From: Candidatus Melainabacteria bacterium
Lineage (GTDB): Bacteria; Cyanobacteriota; Vampirovibrionia; 2-02-FULL-35-15
Direction: 5' to 3'
Assembly (NCBI GenBank): GCA_023250195.1
Contig: JAHFBF010000001.1
Span: 406,661-470,660, forward strand
DNA: 64,000 bases
Shown here one piece after another: positions 31,101-39,643 of this stretch; positions within the stretch are counted from its first letter, which is position 1, and each line of letters starts with the position of its first letter. A model generated the notes under the pieces. That model was not told the origin of the DNA. It did no database searches and saw nothing but the letters and a program-made list of their open reading frames with translations. The translations under genes and the position numbers were made by a program.

Positions 31101-32443
31101 GCATAGGTCGTTGATGTAATTTCTCCACTATCAAGAACACCACTTCCATCAGTGTCAGTACCAACTTCAAACTTTTGCCCACCGCTTGGACAGTTTGCTC
31201 CGGATGGTTCGCTTGATGTATTAGTTAAACTATTTTCACCTGCAGGAATACCAAGAACTAAAGTACACAAAATAGAATTAAAAGTAGTAGTAGCTGCTAA
31301 ACCTGGCGCAAGGGTAACATTTGAAATTACAAGTGTTGCATTCATATCATCACAAACACCCATTCCATCAGATCCATTACTTCCATTAATTCCATTAAAA
31401 CCTACAGGAATGCTGAAAGTAAGGTTACAAAGAACTGGATCAAAAAACACATCAGACATTGAACCTGGGATTCCATTGTTTGTAGTAATCATTAATAAAG
31501 CATTCATATCATCACAAACACCCATTCCATCCACGCCATTCATACCATCCATAATTACAACAGATGGATTAATGTTTGCATTATCAGGAGATAAACCATT
31601 TGTTCCAAGGGTCGGATTATTTACAAGTACTCCATTTACTATAGTGACCGTATTGCCAGTAAGCGGACTTGTAATAGTTACATCTCTATAACCATTTGGG
31701 GCATTACTTGTTGAAGTTGCCAATACCTTTAAAGTAGAATCATCTAAAGCTATGGTATCTCTTACAGTAATATCACCATTGCTGAATGAAACTGCTGTTA
31801 ATGCATCCAATCCTTTTCCTAGAAGTGTAAGTGTAGTTTCAACACCGGGATTTATAACTGATGGGGTTACTGCATCCAGTCTAAAGTTTGGCCTTGTAAA
31901 CACAATCGTGTCAGTAGAATCATTATCATCAATAGTAGCTCTTACAGTATATTGGCCAGGAAGACGTCCTTTTACAAATACTTTGAATATTTTAAAGTCC
32001 AGAGCCTGAACTATTAAGCTTTGATTTTGAGTTTTATTTAAATTAAAAGTAACTGATTGATTTTTTGTAACTATTTTGTTCTTGCCTGTTTTTGTCAACT
32101 TTTGATCTTCTCTAAGCTCTGATGTTCTAAATATCTTTAATCCACCCATTAAAAGTGTGGAATTATCAATTCCAAGGCCTGTTCCCTGTGCACCAATAAC
32201 TTCTACTCTTACAACCATTGCATCAGGCTTAAGTAACAGATCCAGGGGTATTCTTTGATCAAGTTCTATATTATTCCTGTCATATCTGAATGCCGGCAAT
32301 AAATTAGCTGATACTCTCTCTTGAGAGATTGTAGTTTTGGTTTTAACTGCATAAATATTAACTGCATAAGCAGCACCGGTTTGATTCAGCAGAAGTGCAG
32401 CTATTAACACAACCCTACATAGAAAGCTTAATTTATTTTTCAT
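28187..32443 (-). CDS. giant secreted protein, paralog of 25016..27964 (expanded repeat modules, C-terminal FGE-sulfatase-like domain)
   Basis: 1418 aa; same signal peptide and N-domain; at least 7 tandem 45-aa modules SLITSSSEPSGANCPSGGRKxxVGVDDDGDNTLDAGEIDSTTYACNGSN (three nearly identical); (GTN)n tracts up to 13 triplets; duplicated CWDLNNNGVGDVATEDLNGDTVVDVADC units; C-terminal YDLVGNVKEW / GFRVICDF. Confidence 0.85.
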   Translation of the reverse strand: MKNKLSFLCRVVLIAALLLNQTGAAYAVNIYAVKTKTTISQERVSANLLPAFRYDRNNIELDQRIPLDLLLKPDAMVVRVEVIGAQGTGLGIDNSTLLMGGLKIFRTSELREDQKLTKTGKNKIVTKNQSVTFNLNKTQNQSLIVQALDFKIFKVFVKGRLPGQYTVRATIDDNDSTDTIVFTRPNFRLDAVTPSVINPGVETTLTLLGKGLDALTAVSFSNGDITVRDTIALDDSTLKVLATSTSNAPNGYRDVTITSPLTGNTVTIVNGVLVNNPTLGTNGLSPDNANINPSVVIMDGMNGVDGMGVCDDMNALLMITTNNGIPGSMSDVFFDPVLCNLTFSIPVGFNGINGSNGSDGMGVCDDMNATLVISNVTLAPGLAATTTFNSILCTLVLGIPAGENSLTNTSSEPSGANCPSGGQKFEVGTDTDGSGVLDSGEITSTTYACNGSNSLITSSSEPSGANCPSGGRKFQAGVDDDGDNVLDLGEVESTTYACNGSNSLITSSSEPSGANCPSGGRKIRVGVDDDGDNTLDAGEIDSTTYACNGSNSLITSSSEPSGANCPSGGRKIRVGVDDDGDNTLDAGEIDSTTYACNGSNSLITSSNENPGGNCANGGRKIQVGVDDDGDSTLDSGEVDATSYVCNGLQTLVTSSNENPGGNCANGGKKIQSGVDTNGNGSLSGGEITSTTYVCNGTNGTNGTNGTNGTNGLNSLVKITTESAGANCANGGKKVESGIDTNGNGSLAGGEITSTNYVCNGANGTNGTNGTNGTNGTNGLNSLVKVTTESAGANCANGGKKVESGLDTNNNGSLAGGEITSTNYVCNGANGTNGTNGTNGTNGTNGTNGTNGTNGTNGTNGTNGQACWDLNNNGVGDVATEDLNGDTVVDVADCAGTDGTNGTNGTNGTNGTNGTNGTNGTNGTNGQACWDLNNNGVGDVATEDLNGDTVVDVADCAGTDGTNGTNGTNGSTSLVVVTSEGSGANCTAGGQKVEAGIDANNDNMLTGGEIASTSYVCNGINGTNGTNGSNGTNGINCWDVDEDGVNDAAEDVNNDGLYTADDCQEAAIIGLVNNWNTLSDEVNYTTNDMSSMTRMVKIPKFTYKGVEYGGFWIDKYEASRANATATDQGTSSVPVSQRRVEPWTNISQATAKTNASSLNRQITGIGSCRLIGMKEWTALYILGKVAKSTGLFGSTATNGWNERGNTRNGNRDGRDSGSSVCEDDPDQSGTGDVCLTGTGYKSWGHLLDGSATINATGTSLGSTADAVKDDNGGSGADTLDGDKQVYDLVGNVKEWIDYTFTNSSTMSGSDFVVDTGYTGAGSVLPFTTDGAIFNSIDISTSSTFSGLGLPATANGGLNDTNGGKNSGTLSTTTTDAQYGITRGGACNDGASAPSPLIIDGNDVTTTTDERRGFRVICDF
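29670..29970 (-). repeat. hexanucleotide tracts encoding (Gly-Thr-Asn)n plus duplicated about 190-bp unit
   Basis: GTTGGTTCCATTAGTACCGTTAGTTCC... tracts at about 29670..29760 and 29858..29970 flanking duplicated ...CAGCACAATCAGCAACGTCTACTACAGTATCACC... units; the opposite-strand ORF 29541..29978 is an artefact. Confidence 0.85.
30470..31210 (-). repeat. tandem about 135-bp coding repeats (45-aa Asp-rich modules)
   Basis: Repeated ...TCCACCTGGGTTTTCATTTGAGGATGT... and ...GGACAGTTTGCTCC(A/G)GATGGTTCGCTTGA(A/G)GATGTAATTAAACTGTTTGATCC... blocks; boundaries approximate. Confidence 0.75.
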
Positions 32444-32761
32444 TTTGAAAATTCTCCTGTTTTTTTAACTAGCTAACTCTTCTCAGATTAAGAAATAAGT
32501 TAAATCCAAGTACAAGCCCTTTTTACGATCCATGACAGCCCTAAGGTTATATTATAACTGGATATCATTCAACTCTTTTTATAATTTATTTATCTTCATT
32601 TTGTTATAAAGACAAAATACACTTGCTTCAAAAAACTCTAAAACAAAGATTGATCAGGAAATATATATTTTTAGATTAATTATTTTTAATATATTATGAT
32701 CATTGAACTGATTCCAGTTAATCTACATTGATTTTTTTAATTTAGGTACTAAAACACTAAA

Positions 32762-33325
32762 GTGAACTTAATACAACTTATCAGGTTACAAATAATTCTT
32801 CTATCAGGGACTCTTTTACTGTTTGTTTGTTTTTTTAGTGCTTCTTTTGCTCAAATAACTTCAAGCACTACTCAAACAAATATTAAAACAAGCAGCAGTG
32901 AAATAACCTCTTCTTTAAAAGAGAAATATCAGGTAGATAAATATTACTGGGTCATCTATGATAATGTCTGCCCATACTGCCGCTCAGCTACAAAACATAT
33001 TAAGGACCTTGACTGGGAGAAAAAAATCAAGTTTCTATCTTATAGAAATCCTTTGACTTATAGAATATTTCCTGATCTGTCTAAAGAAGAATGTGAGAAA
33101 GATGTACACATGGTTACACCAAAAGGTGAAATTTTGTCCGGTTATAAAGTATTCAGAACGATAATAGATAACTTAACAGCTACAAAGATTTTGAATCCTC
33201 TTCTTAAAAATAATTATGCAGAAGCAAAGCTAAATGAAATCTACGAAAAGATGGTTAAAGAGAGAAGTTGCTATTATAAGAAGTCCGAGACCTGTGGTTT
33301 AACAAGCCGTAAAGAAGAACAATAA
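32762..33325 (+). CDS. thiol-disulfide oxidoreductase-like protein (DCC/DUF393-like, CPYC motif)
   Basis: GTG start; N-terminal hydrophobic segment; YWVIYDNVCPYCRSATKHIKDLDWEKKIKFLSYRN resembles the DCC-family CxxC...D...F pattern and a glutaredoxin-like CPYC site. Confidence 0.45.
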   Translation: MNLIQLIRLQIILLSGTLLLFVCFFSASFAQITSSTTQTNIKTSSSEITSSLKEKYQVDKYYWVIYDNVCPYCRSATKHIKDLDWEKKIKFLSYRNPLTYRIFPDLSKEECEKDVHMVTPKGEILSGYKVFRTIIDNLTATKILNPLLKNNYAEAKLNEIYEKMVKERSCYYKKSETCGLTSRKEEQ

Positions 33326-33545
33326 AGTCCAGGGTTACACCTTCCATAATCAGCCAAGAAGCACGTCGAATAAGGATTTGTGGTACAATGCCTACATCTA
33401 CCTGAGTGTAGATGTTTAGTATGATTTAGGTTTTGTGATCTTGAGAAGAGTATTAAGTTTTTATTGTGTTTTTAAATTAAGCGGTCTCGAGCTTAGTCCT
33501 CTTTCGAAAGTTTTCAGTGCCTAGTTAAAGAAAGAGGATAAAGAA

Positions 33546-33914
33546 ATGACAAAGAAATTATTTGTTGGTAATCTGCCATTTGGAATTGCAGATTTTGAAC
33601 TTGAAGATTTATTCAAGGGATATGGTGAAGTTACTTCAGCAAAAGTAATCGTAGATAGAAGAACCGGTCGTTCAAGAGGATACGGTTTTGTAGAAATGGG
33701 AACTGAGGATCTTGCCCAACAGGCAATCGAAGCATTGAATGGTACTGAATTAAAAGGCCGGCCCATTAATGTCAGTCTTGCAAGAGAGCAGACTGAAGGC
33801 GGTGGCGGACGTGATCGTGGCGATCGTGGCGGTTTCTCAGGAGGCTACGGTGATGGCAGTGGTAGTAGTGACGGCGGTTTCAGAAAAAGAAGCAGCTATA
33901 ACAATAACTACTAA
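33546..33914 (+). CDS. RRM-type glycine-rich RNA-binding protein
   Basis: RBS; RNP-2 KLFVGNL and RNP-1 RGYGFVEM motifs; Gly/Arg/Ser-rich C-terminus; long structured 5' UTR. Confidence 0.85.
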   Translation: MTKKLFVGNLPFGIADFELEDLFKGYGEVTSAKVIVDRRTGRSRGYGFVEMGTEDLAQQAIEALNGTELKGRPINVSLAREQTEGGGGRDRGDRGGFSGGYGDGSGSSDGGFRKRSSYNNNY

Positions 33915-34058
33915 AAGTCCAAATTAAAAACCATATAGAACTTCTCAGAGGTTTTATCTATTTTAAACTTCCAGGAAGTTCTACATTTTTTAGTTTTGTC
34001 GTAACTTTTATGTAAAATACTACTGATGTTCTTAAAATAAATCAAAAGGCAGGAACTT

Positions 34059-35213
34059 GTGGCAGTTAATTTAAATGTAAAACCTAACGACATTAGTTTT
34101 AAAAAAAACTTTGAATCTGGTTCGACTAAAGAACTAAATTTAATTTCCAAGAACGAGTACAGAGCAGTACTGGCAAAACTCCTTCCGGAAGAATGTTTCA
34201 AGCCTGATACAAAACATGTTCTTCATTATCTTGTATGTATGGGGATTTACCTGATAGGAATATTTTCTATAGTAAACATTTCATTTTTACCTTTAAAAAT
34301 TATCATCTCGGCAGTTATGGGAATTACTCTTACTGCTTTGACTTTTTTCCTGCATGATCTTTTTCATGGTTCAATCATCAAATCAAATCTGCTTGCTTAC
34401 CTCACAGGACTTTCTGTCGGTATATTTAATTTATTTGCTCCGATCTTCTGGAAAAGAGTACATAATTTTCATCATGCAAGAACAGGAAGTATTGATGATC
34501 CTGACAGAAGTTATATACTGCATGAAAAGCCTACTAATGCTCTTGAAAAATTTGTTTATTCAATGAGAATCTCCGATGAAGCAATACACCCGTTTATAAG
34601 TATGCTTTTTATGTCCTTGGGATTTTTCTTCTACTTTTTTAATAATATGTTTTATGGCCTTGTTGCAAATAGAGCAAGCATAAAAGAAGATAAGAAATAT
34701 CAGAGAGTCCAGGAGTTATTCAAAAAGAAAAGAGACAGACTTTTTGTGCTTGGAGAATTAATTCTAATATTTTCCTTTCAGGCTTTCTTATTTGTTTATG
34801 TCTGCAATCAAAACTTCTTGAATTATTTCCTGGTATCTCTGATGCCTGTTGGAATTGCACACATAATTGCAATGTCATATATTCACACAAATCATTTCCT
34901 TTCTCCGCTTACAGGAGATATTGATGATCCATTGGTAAACTCACTTTCACTAAAAAACAGCTGGTTTGTTGACAAAATATTTTCAAATTTTTCTCACCAT
35001 GTAGAACATCATTTATTTCCATCAATGGGTTCATATCATTATCCTAAAGTAAGAAAACTGCTTTTAAAACTTTATCCTGAAAGATATCAGCTTATTCCAA
35101 TGATCGATACCATGAAGATGCTCTTCAAAACACCACGAATATACGGGGATTATACACACCTTGTAAATATTGATGGTACAAAGAAAATTGATTGTCTTTT
35201 GCCCACAAATTAA
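34059..35213 (+). CDS. membrane fatty-acid desaturase family protein
   Basis: Three His boxes HDLFHGS, HNFHHART and HHVEHHLFP in a polytopic membrane protein; start codon uncertain (GTG at 34059). Confidence 0.8.
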   Translation: MAVNLNVKPNDISFKKNFESGSTKELNLISKNEYRAVLAKLLPEECFKPDTKHVLHYLVCMGIYLIGIFSIVNISFLPLKIIISAVMGITLTALTFFLHDLFHGSIIKSNLLAYLTGLSVGIFNLFAPIFWKRVHNFHHARTGSIDDPDRSYILHEKPTNALEKFVYSMRISDEAIHPFISMLFMSLGFFFYFFNNMFYGLVANRASIKEDKKYQRVQELFKKKRDRLFVLGELILIFSFQAFLFVYVCNQNFLNYFLVSLMPVGIAHIIAMSYIHTNHFLSPLTGDIDDPLVNSLSLKNSWFVDKIFSNFSHHVEHHLFPSMGSYHYPKVRKLLLKLYPERYQLIPMIDTMKMLFKTPRIYGDYTHLVNIDGTKKIDCLLPTN

Positions 35214-35214
35214 A

Positions 35215-35673
35215 TCACTTCTTCTTAAATGTTTTATTAACATAATCTATTTCCTGCCAGATGGATTTCATTGTAAATTGACGCTCAGCAACCAATAAAA
35301 TTGAAGCAATAGGCATTATTAAAACTCCCAATATACCGGTTCCAAGAGTAAAGGCACTTAAGTCATTTGAAATGATTTGATCAATAGATAATACTAATGT
35401 AGTAAGAGTAAAAGAACTTATTGAAACATAAAAAAGTGTAAGTGCAGTTTCAAGAAGCTTGATTCTAGGTCCAATTTTTTCGAGCTGATAAAAAATTTGC
35501 TCTAACTCTGTTTGGTTAGTTTCTGTTTTTGCTTTTTCACAAAGTCCCCTGCAAATATCCGTTACTCTTATTAATCTCCCTGAAGTTGAAATGATTAAAC
35601 TCCCACAGGCTGAAATTAAAATTGCAATGGTTACAATTGAAGTCGTAAATAGTGCTGTAGTTAAAGTGTTCAC
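35215..35673 (-). CDS. hypothetical membrane protein (DUF2721-like)
   Basis: 152 aa, two hydrophobic helices flanking a charged segment; pattern resembles the DUF2721 family; weak. Confidence 0.35.
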   Translation of the reverse strand: MNTLTTALFTTSIVTIAILISACGSLIISTSGRLIRVTDICRGLCEKAKTETNQTELEQIFYQLEKIGPRIKLLETALTLFYVSISSFTLTTLVLSIDQIISNDLSAFTLGTGILGVLIMPIASILLVAERQFTMKSIWQEIDYVNKTFKKK

Positions 35674-35756
35674 AAAAACTATTCTAACAACATAAATCTG
35701 TAATAAGATTTAAATCTTAAGAGAATTTTTATTTTTGAACATACCACTATATGCTC

Positions 35757-36437
35757 TTACTCAGTATTGAATGTATATCCAACACCTCTAATAGTCTGAA
35801 AAATAGTAGGCTTGCGGGGATTATCTTCAAATTTTTTCCTCAAATATCCAATATGAATATCAACAGTCCTTGTCTCACCATATTGAGCCCAGCCCCAGAC
35901 ATTAGTTAACAGTTCATTTCTTGAAAATACTTTGTTCGGACATTTTGCAAGAGCATATAAAAGCTGGAATTCTTTTTGAGTAAGTTCTCTGATTTCACCT
36001 TTATGTTTTACTTTTCTTTTTTCAAGATCAATTTCCAGATCTTTAACTGAGATTTTTTTTAGGTTTTCTTCATTGCTCTTTTTTAAATTAACTTCAATTC
36101 GAGCAAGCAGTTCATTAATGTGCAATGGTTTCCTTATATAATCCTGAGCACCAAGCTCAAGTCCAATTACTGCATCTATTTCAGATATTTTCTTTGTTAG
36201 AAATATTATTGGATTACTATATCCTTCAGAACGTAAAGATTTACAGACTGAAAATCCATCCAGCTCAGGAAGTGAAACTTCAAGAACAACTAAGTCAGGT
36301 TTCTCTTTTAGTGCAAGCTCTAAGCCTGTTTTTCCGTTCCTAGCAATAATTAATGAATAGCCATTGCGTAACAAGGCATTTTCTACTTGAGCTAACACAT
36401 CGTCATCATCATCGACAACAAGGATTCTCGCATTCAT
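35757..36437 (-). CDS. OmpR/PhoB-family response regulator (orphan)
   Basis: Receiver domain (ILVVDDDDDV, phospho-acceptor Asp in VVLEVSLPELDG) and winged-helix output (TVDIHIGYLRKK...IRGVGY); no adjacent histidine kinase. Confidence 0.9.
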   Translation of the reverse strand: MNARILVVDDDDDVLAQVENALLRNGYSLIIARNGKTGLELALKEKPDLVVLEVSLPELDGFSVCKSLRSEGYSNPIIFLTKKISEIDAVIGLELGAQDYIRKPLHINELLARIEVNLKKSNEENLKKISVKDLEIDLEKRKVKHKGEIRELTQKEFQLLYALAKCPNKVFSRNELLTNVWGWAQYGETRTVDIHIGYLRKKFEDNPRKPTIFQTIRGVGYTFNTE

Positions 36438-36620
36438 AAGTTTGTACTAATCTATCTTTGTTATCATTCTACTACAGTATTTAAAAACTATAAGGACTTT
36501 TTATCTGTTTACTTACTTTGTTTCAATTAGTTACATTAATCAGCTAAATTTTTTACCTTTGTAAAGAACCAATTATTAATACTTAAGATTTCATACATAG
36601 GTTAACCTCTAACTCATTTA

Positions 36621-37538
36621 CTAAGTGAGTAAAGTTATTAACAAAGGTACATAAATCAGAGCAACCAATGTACTTAAAAACACTACAAGTGAAGCCTTTT
36701 CAGGCTGTGCTCTCAATTCTGTAGAAAAAGCTACTAGATTTGCCGCTAAAGGCATCACAGATAATAAAATCATTACCTTATGAACAGAACTGTTAAAAAT
36801 ACTAATAAAATTTACATCAACAAAAACTAACATTCCAATTAAGAGAGGCCAGATTACAAATTTTGCCCCAAATGCAGAAAGTAAAAACTTCAAATCCAAC
36901 TTAAAACTCTTCATATCTGAAAGTCCTAAGCCAATTAACATCATCCCAAGCACTGTATAAGCTCCAATAAAATTGCCTGCAAAACTTAAATAATTTTTCC
37001 CAAGCTGCAATCCAAAAAAATTAACCAGAAGTCCAATTAAAAATGCATAAACTGTCGGAAGCTTTAAAAGTCTTAATATTGAATCTCTACCCGTATGATT
37101 TCCTCTTGCAATTATAAAAAATCCAAGAGAGTTTTCAAATACTGTAAAACCAAGTATTCCTAAAATCATAATTCCAACTGCTTGTTCTCCTAAAAATTCA
37201 ATAGCTACAGGTATACCAAAATAACCGGTATTTGCAGTGCCGGCCGCAAGAGCCAAAAGATTTTTTGTGTTGTCCTTAAAAAGCACTCCTCCAAGCAGGT
37301 AAAACAAAATGCATATAAAAGAACAGCAAATAAAAAATATCAACGGTAAAAGAAGTAATTGAAATGTAATCTTTGTAGTAACTATGCTGTTAAAAATTAC
37401 TATTGGAGCAACAACATAAATTAAAATAGAAGCAATGGTTTCTTTTTTAGCATTTAATTTTTTCCCTGCAATAAATCCAAGCACAATGAGCATGTATAAA
37501 GGAATAATTTTAATTAAAAGTGAGAAAAATATTTGCAC
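36621..37538 (-). CDS. auxin-efflux-carrier (AEC) family membrane transporter
   Basis: 10-TM protein; N-terminal IIPLYMLIVLGFIAGK...VVAPIVIFNSI pattern typical of AEC/malate-permease family. Confidence 0.6.
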   Translation of the reverse strand: MQIFFSLLIKIIPLYMLIVLGFIAGKKLNAKKETIASILIYVVAPIVIFNSIVTTKITFQLLLLPLIFFICCSFICILFYLLGGVLFKDNTKNLLALAAGTANTGYFGIPVAIEFLGEQAVGIMILGILGFTVFENSLGFFIIARGNHTGRDSILRLLKLPTVYAFLIGLLVNFFGLQLGKNYLSFAGNFIGAYTVLGMMLIGLGLSDMKSFKLDLKFLLSAFGAKFVIWPLLIGMLVFVDVNFISIFNSSVHKVMILLSVMPLAANLVAFSTELRAQPEKASLVVFLSTLVALIYVPLLITLLT

Positions 37539-37558
37539 TTAGTTATTTTAGCTTGAAC

Positions 37559-37981
37559 TTAAGCAGTAATTTCCTTAGGTACTGAATCAAGAGGACAGGA
37601 TTTAATCTGAGCAAACAGAGTTTCAATACCTACAACTTCTTCATTAGGAGCCCCTGAATTAGGGTTTGTTATATTCAATCCAAAAAGAGCTATTTTAGGA
37701 CTACCAAACCGACTTGCATAATTGCCACTTATGAAAACTGATCTTGTCTCACAAAGACTTCTTCCATCTGGTGCAGTAACTGGTTCTCCAATAGGACTGT
37801 CCTCTTCATCTCTTCCATAATATTCAACTGATAATTCATAATTGTATTCAGCTGGTCTATTACCACTTTCTTCAAATAAAGCACCATAGCGCTGTTCTAA
37901 ATTTCTTTTTAATACTGCAGAGGTTGATGGGAATTTGTTTACAAAACCTAAAACGCAAGATTGTCTTAAACCAATTTCCAT
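37559..37981 (-). CDS. hypothetical protein
   Basis: ORF with codon usage consistent with neighbours; no recognisable motif. Confidence 0.3.
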   Translation of the reverse strand: MEIGLRQSCVLGFVNKFPSTSAVLKRNLEQRYGALFEESGNRPAEYNYELSVEYYGRDEEDSPIGEPVTAPDGRSLCETRSVFISGNYASRFGSPKIALFGLNITNPNSGAPNEEVVGIETLFAQIKSCPLDSVPKEITA

Positions 37982-38120
37982 AACATTTCCTTTCTAGTAA
38001 AATTCTAAGCGAGGATTTTCTGTAAACGAAAATCCGAGCGGGTTAAGTGAGACAAAGCGAGGAGTCATCGTAGTTCATCAAGAAAAAATCAATGAACGAA
38101 GATGCGACGAGCGAAGGAAT

Positions 38121-38193
38121 TGGACCCAAGCGGGTTCGAACCGCTGACCTCCTCCGTGCAAGGGAGGCGCTCTACCAACTGAGCCATGGGCCC
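38121..38193 (-). tRNA. tRNA-Ala (anticodon UGC)
   Basis: Reverse complement GGGCCCATGGCTCAGTTGGTAGAGCGCCTCCCTTGCACGGAGGAGGTCAGCGGTTCGAACCCGCTTGGGTCCA folds as a cloverleaf: 7-bp acceptor stem with the G3:U70 alanine identity pair, anticodon loop CTTGCAC, T-loop GGTTCGAAC; CCA not encoded. Confidence 0.85.
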
Positions 38194-38195
38194 GT

Positions 38196-38240
38196 TCAGA
38201 AAATCAGATATCAGAGATCAGAGAATCAGAATGATTCAGT
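38196..38240. repeat. ATCAGAG/ATCAGAA heptamer tandem repeat 5' of tRNA-Ala
   Basis: CAGAAAATCAGATATCAGAGATCAGAGAATCAGAATGATTCAG; same heptamer family as the in-frame repeat in cysI (16849..16906). Confidence 0.7.
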
Positions 38241-38257
38241 GAATTATTATAGCGTTT

Positions 38258-39601
38258 TTATTTGAACAATTCCTGAAATCCTTTTGTATTAGTTATTTCG
38301 TCTTCTAGTTCAGGAGCAAAGACAAGACATGTTTTGACAATGTTTTCCTGACTTAATGCCTTTACTAATCCTGATACTTCTGAAAGCTCTTTTACGACTC
38401 CATTATTCTGCTTTATAAAAATTGCTTTACCGGTTTTATCAGTAACCTGATATGGTTCATATGGCTTTGCAGCTGATTGTTCAATCCCTAAATAAAAAGT
38501 TGGATCAACGTCTTTATTTTTTGAAATTGGTTTTAATTTTTCCAGAACCTCACTGATTTTATTTTTGTTAACTTCCTGACGAAACTCAAGTGACTTAAAT
38601 AACTTACGCATTGTAAAGCGACCTGATAAATCTTTCAAGATTTTGTCACCTGTTAAATCTTCTGAAAAACTTTGAATGGCTGACATAAGATAAAAATCAT
38701 CAACCCCTAAATATGGACTCAAATCAATTTTTTCTAATTGCTTTTTGTCAATATTCAACCACTCATATAAAACATGAGGAATATTTTTTGGTTTAACTTC
38801 CTTTAATCTCTCAATAATTTTTCTAAGCAAAAAGTCACATGCAAGATTTTTTTTGTGCTGGTAAACCTGCTGGTACATGGAGTATCTGGCTTGCAAATAA
38901 TGAATTACTGCATCCAACCCTACATTTTCATTTATAACCAGCAGAGGCGAAGTTCCCTCACCCCTGACTTTATCAACTTCAAGAGAAGCAATTATTCTAT
39001 CTGACCCCGTTAAACCATAAGGCACCCCGATATAATATGAATCTCTATGAAGATAATCCAGCCTATCACAATCCACATAACTCGAAATAATCTGACTTAA
39101 GTAGAGGCGGGGTAATCCAGCCTCTACTTTACCATTCATTATTTCAATAACATCATCAAGAAAGTTCTTGTCAAATTCTACAAAGAGTTTACGAATCTCT
39201 GAATCACCTTCGATAATTTTCTTTGTCCATTGCTCATGACTAAAACCTAAAAGCTTCTCAGAAGTATGGCTGAACGGACCATGTCCAATATCATGTATCA
39301 AAGCAGAAACCAATATTCTGGCTTTATATTTATTTATTTCTTCAAAGTTATCTGCCAGGTGAGTTATCATTTTCTTTGCAACAAACATTGCACCTATACT
39401 GTGACCAAAGCGGGTATGTTCTGCCCCATGAAAAGTAAACCAGCCAAGCCCCATCTGCCTTATCCTTCTCAATCTCTGAAATTCTTTTGTATCAATTATA
39501 TTTGCAAGCAAAAAGTCTATAGGATCATTCAAATTAAGCTTAATTGGCCCATGTATCGGATCTAAAAATGTTCTCTGTTTGTAAGTATTTTTTGTTATCA
39601 T
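38258..39601 (-). CDS. HD-domain metal-dependent phosphohydrolase (dNTP triphosphohydrolase-like)
   Basis: HD motif region FGHSIGAMFVAKK...LIHDIGHGPFSHTSE; carries an in-frame GC-rich palindrome at 39101..39127. Confidence 0.75.
   Translation of the reverse strand: MITKNTYKQRTFLDPIHGPIKLNLNDPIDFLLANIIDTKEFQRLRRIRQMGLGWFTFHGAEHTRFGHSIGAMFVAKKMITHLADNFEEINKYKARILVSALIHDIGHGPFSHTSEKLLGFSHEQWTKKIIEGDSEIRKLFVEFDKNFLDDVIEIMNGKVEAGLPRLYLSQIISSYVDCDRLDYLHRDSYYIGVPYGLTGSDRIIASLEVDKVRGEGTSPLLVINENVGLDAVIHYLQARYSMYQQVYQHKKNLACDFLLRKIIERLKEVKPKNIPHVLYEWLNIDKKQLEKIDLSPYLGVDDFYLMSAIQSFSEDLTGDKILKDLSGRFTMRKLFKSLEFRQEVNKNKISEVLEKLKPISKNKDVDPTFYLGIEQSAAKPYEPYQVTDKTGKAIFIKQNNGVVKELSEVSGLVKALSQENIVKTCLVFAPELEDEITNTKGFQELFK
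39101..39127. repeat. 27-bp GC-rich palindrome GTAGAGGCGGGGTAATCCAGCCTCTAC inside the HD-domain CDS
   Basis: Translated in-frame as ...VEAGLPRLY...; near-identical intergenic copy GTAGAGGCGAGATAATCCCGCCTCTAC at 20890..20916. Confidence 0.8.
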
Positions 39602-39643
39602 TATAAATCTCTAAGGTTAATTATATACATGATGATATAACTT

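Noticed and set aside
25016-32443. Calling the (Gly-Thr-Asn)n tracts bona fide collagen triple-helix domains
   Set aside because: Tracts are short (4-13 triplets), lack Pro, and alternate with globular modules; formal Gly-X-Y periodicity alone is insufficient, so they are described only as triplet repeats.
33911-34201. Minus-strand ORF 33911..34201 overlapping the desaturase start region
   Set aside because: Lys/Phe-rich product from AT-rich intergenic DNA, overlaps the 5' end of the well-supported desaturase gene; likely non-coding.
38000-38260. tRNA-Ala as an integration site of a genomic island
   Set aside because: No integrase/recombinase gene or direct repeat of the tRNA 3' end was found on either side; the flanking heptamer repeat is a simple repeat also present in cysI.
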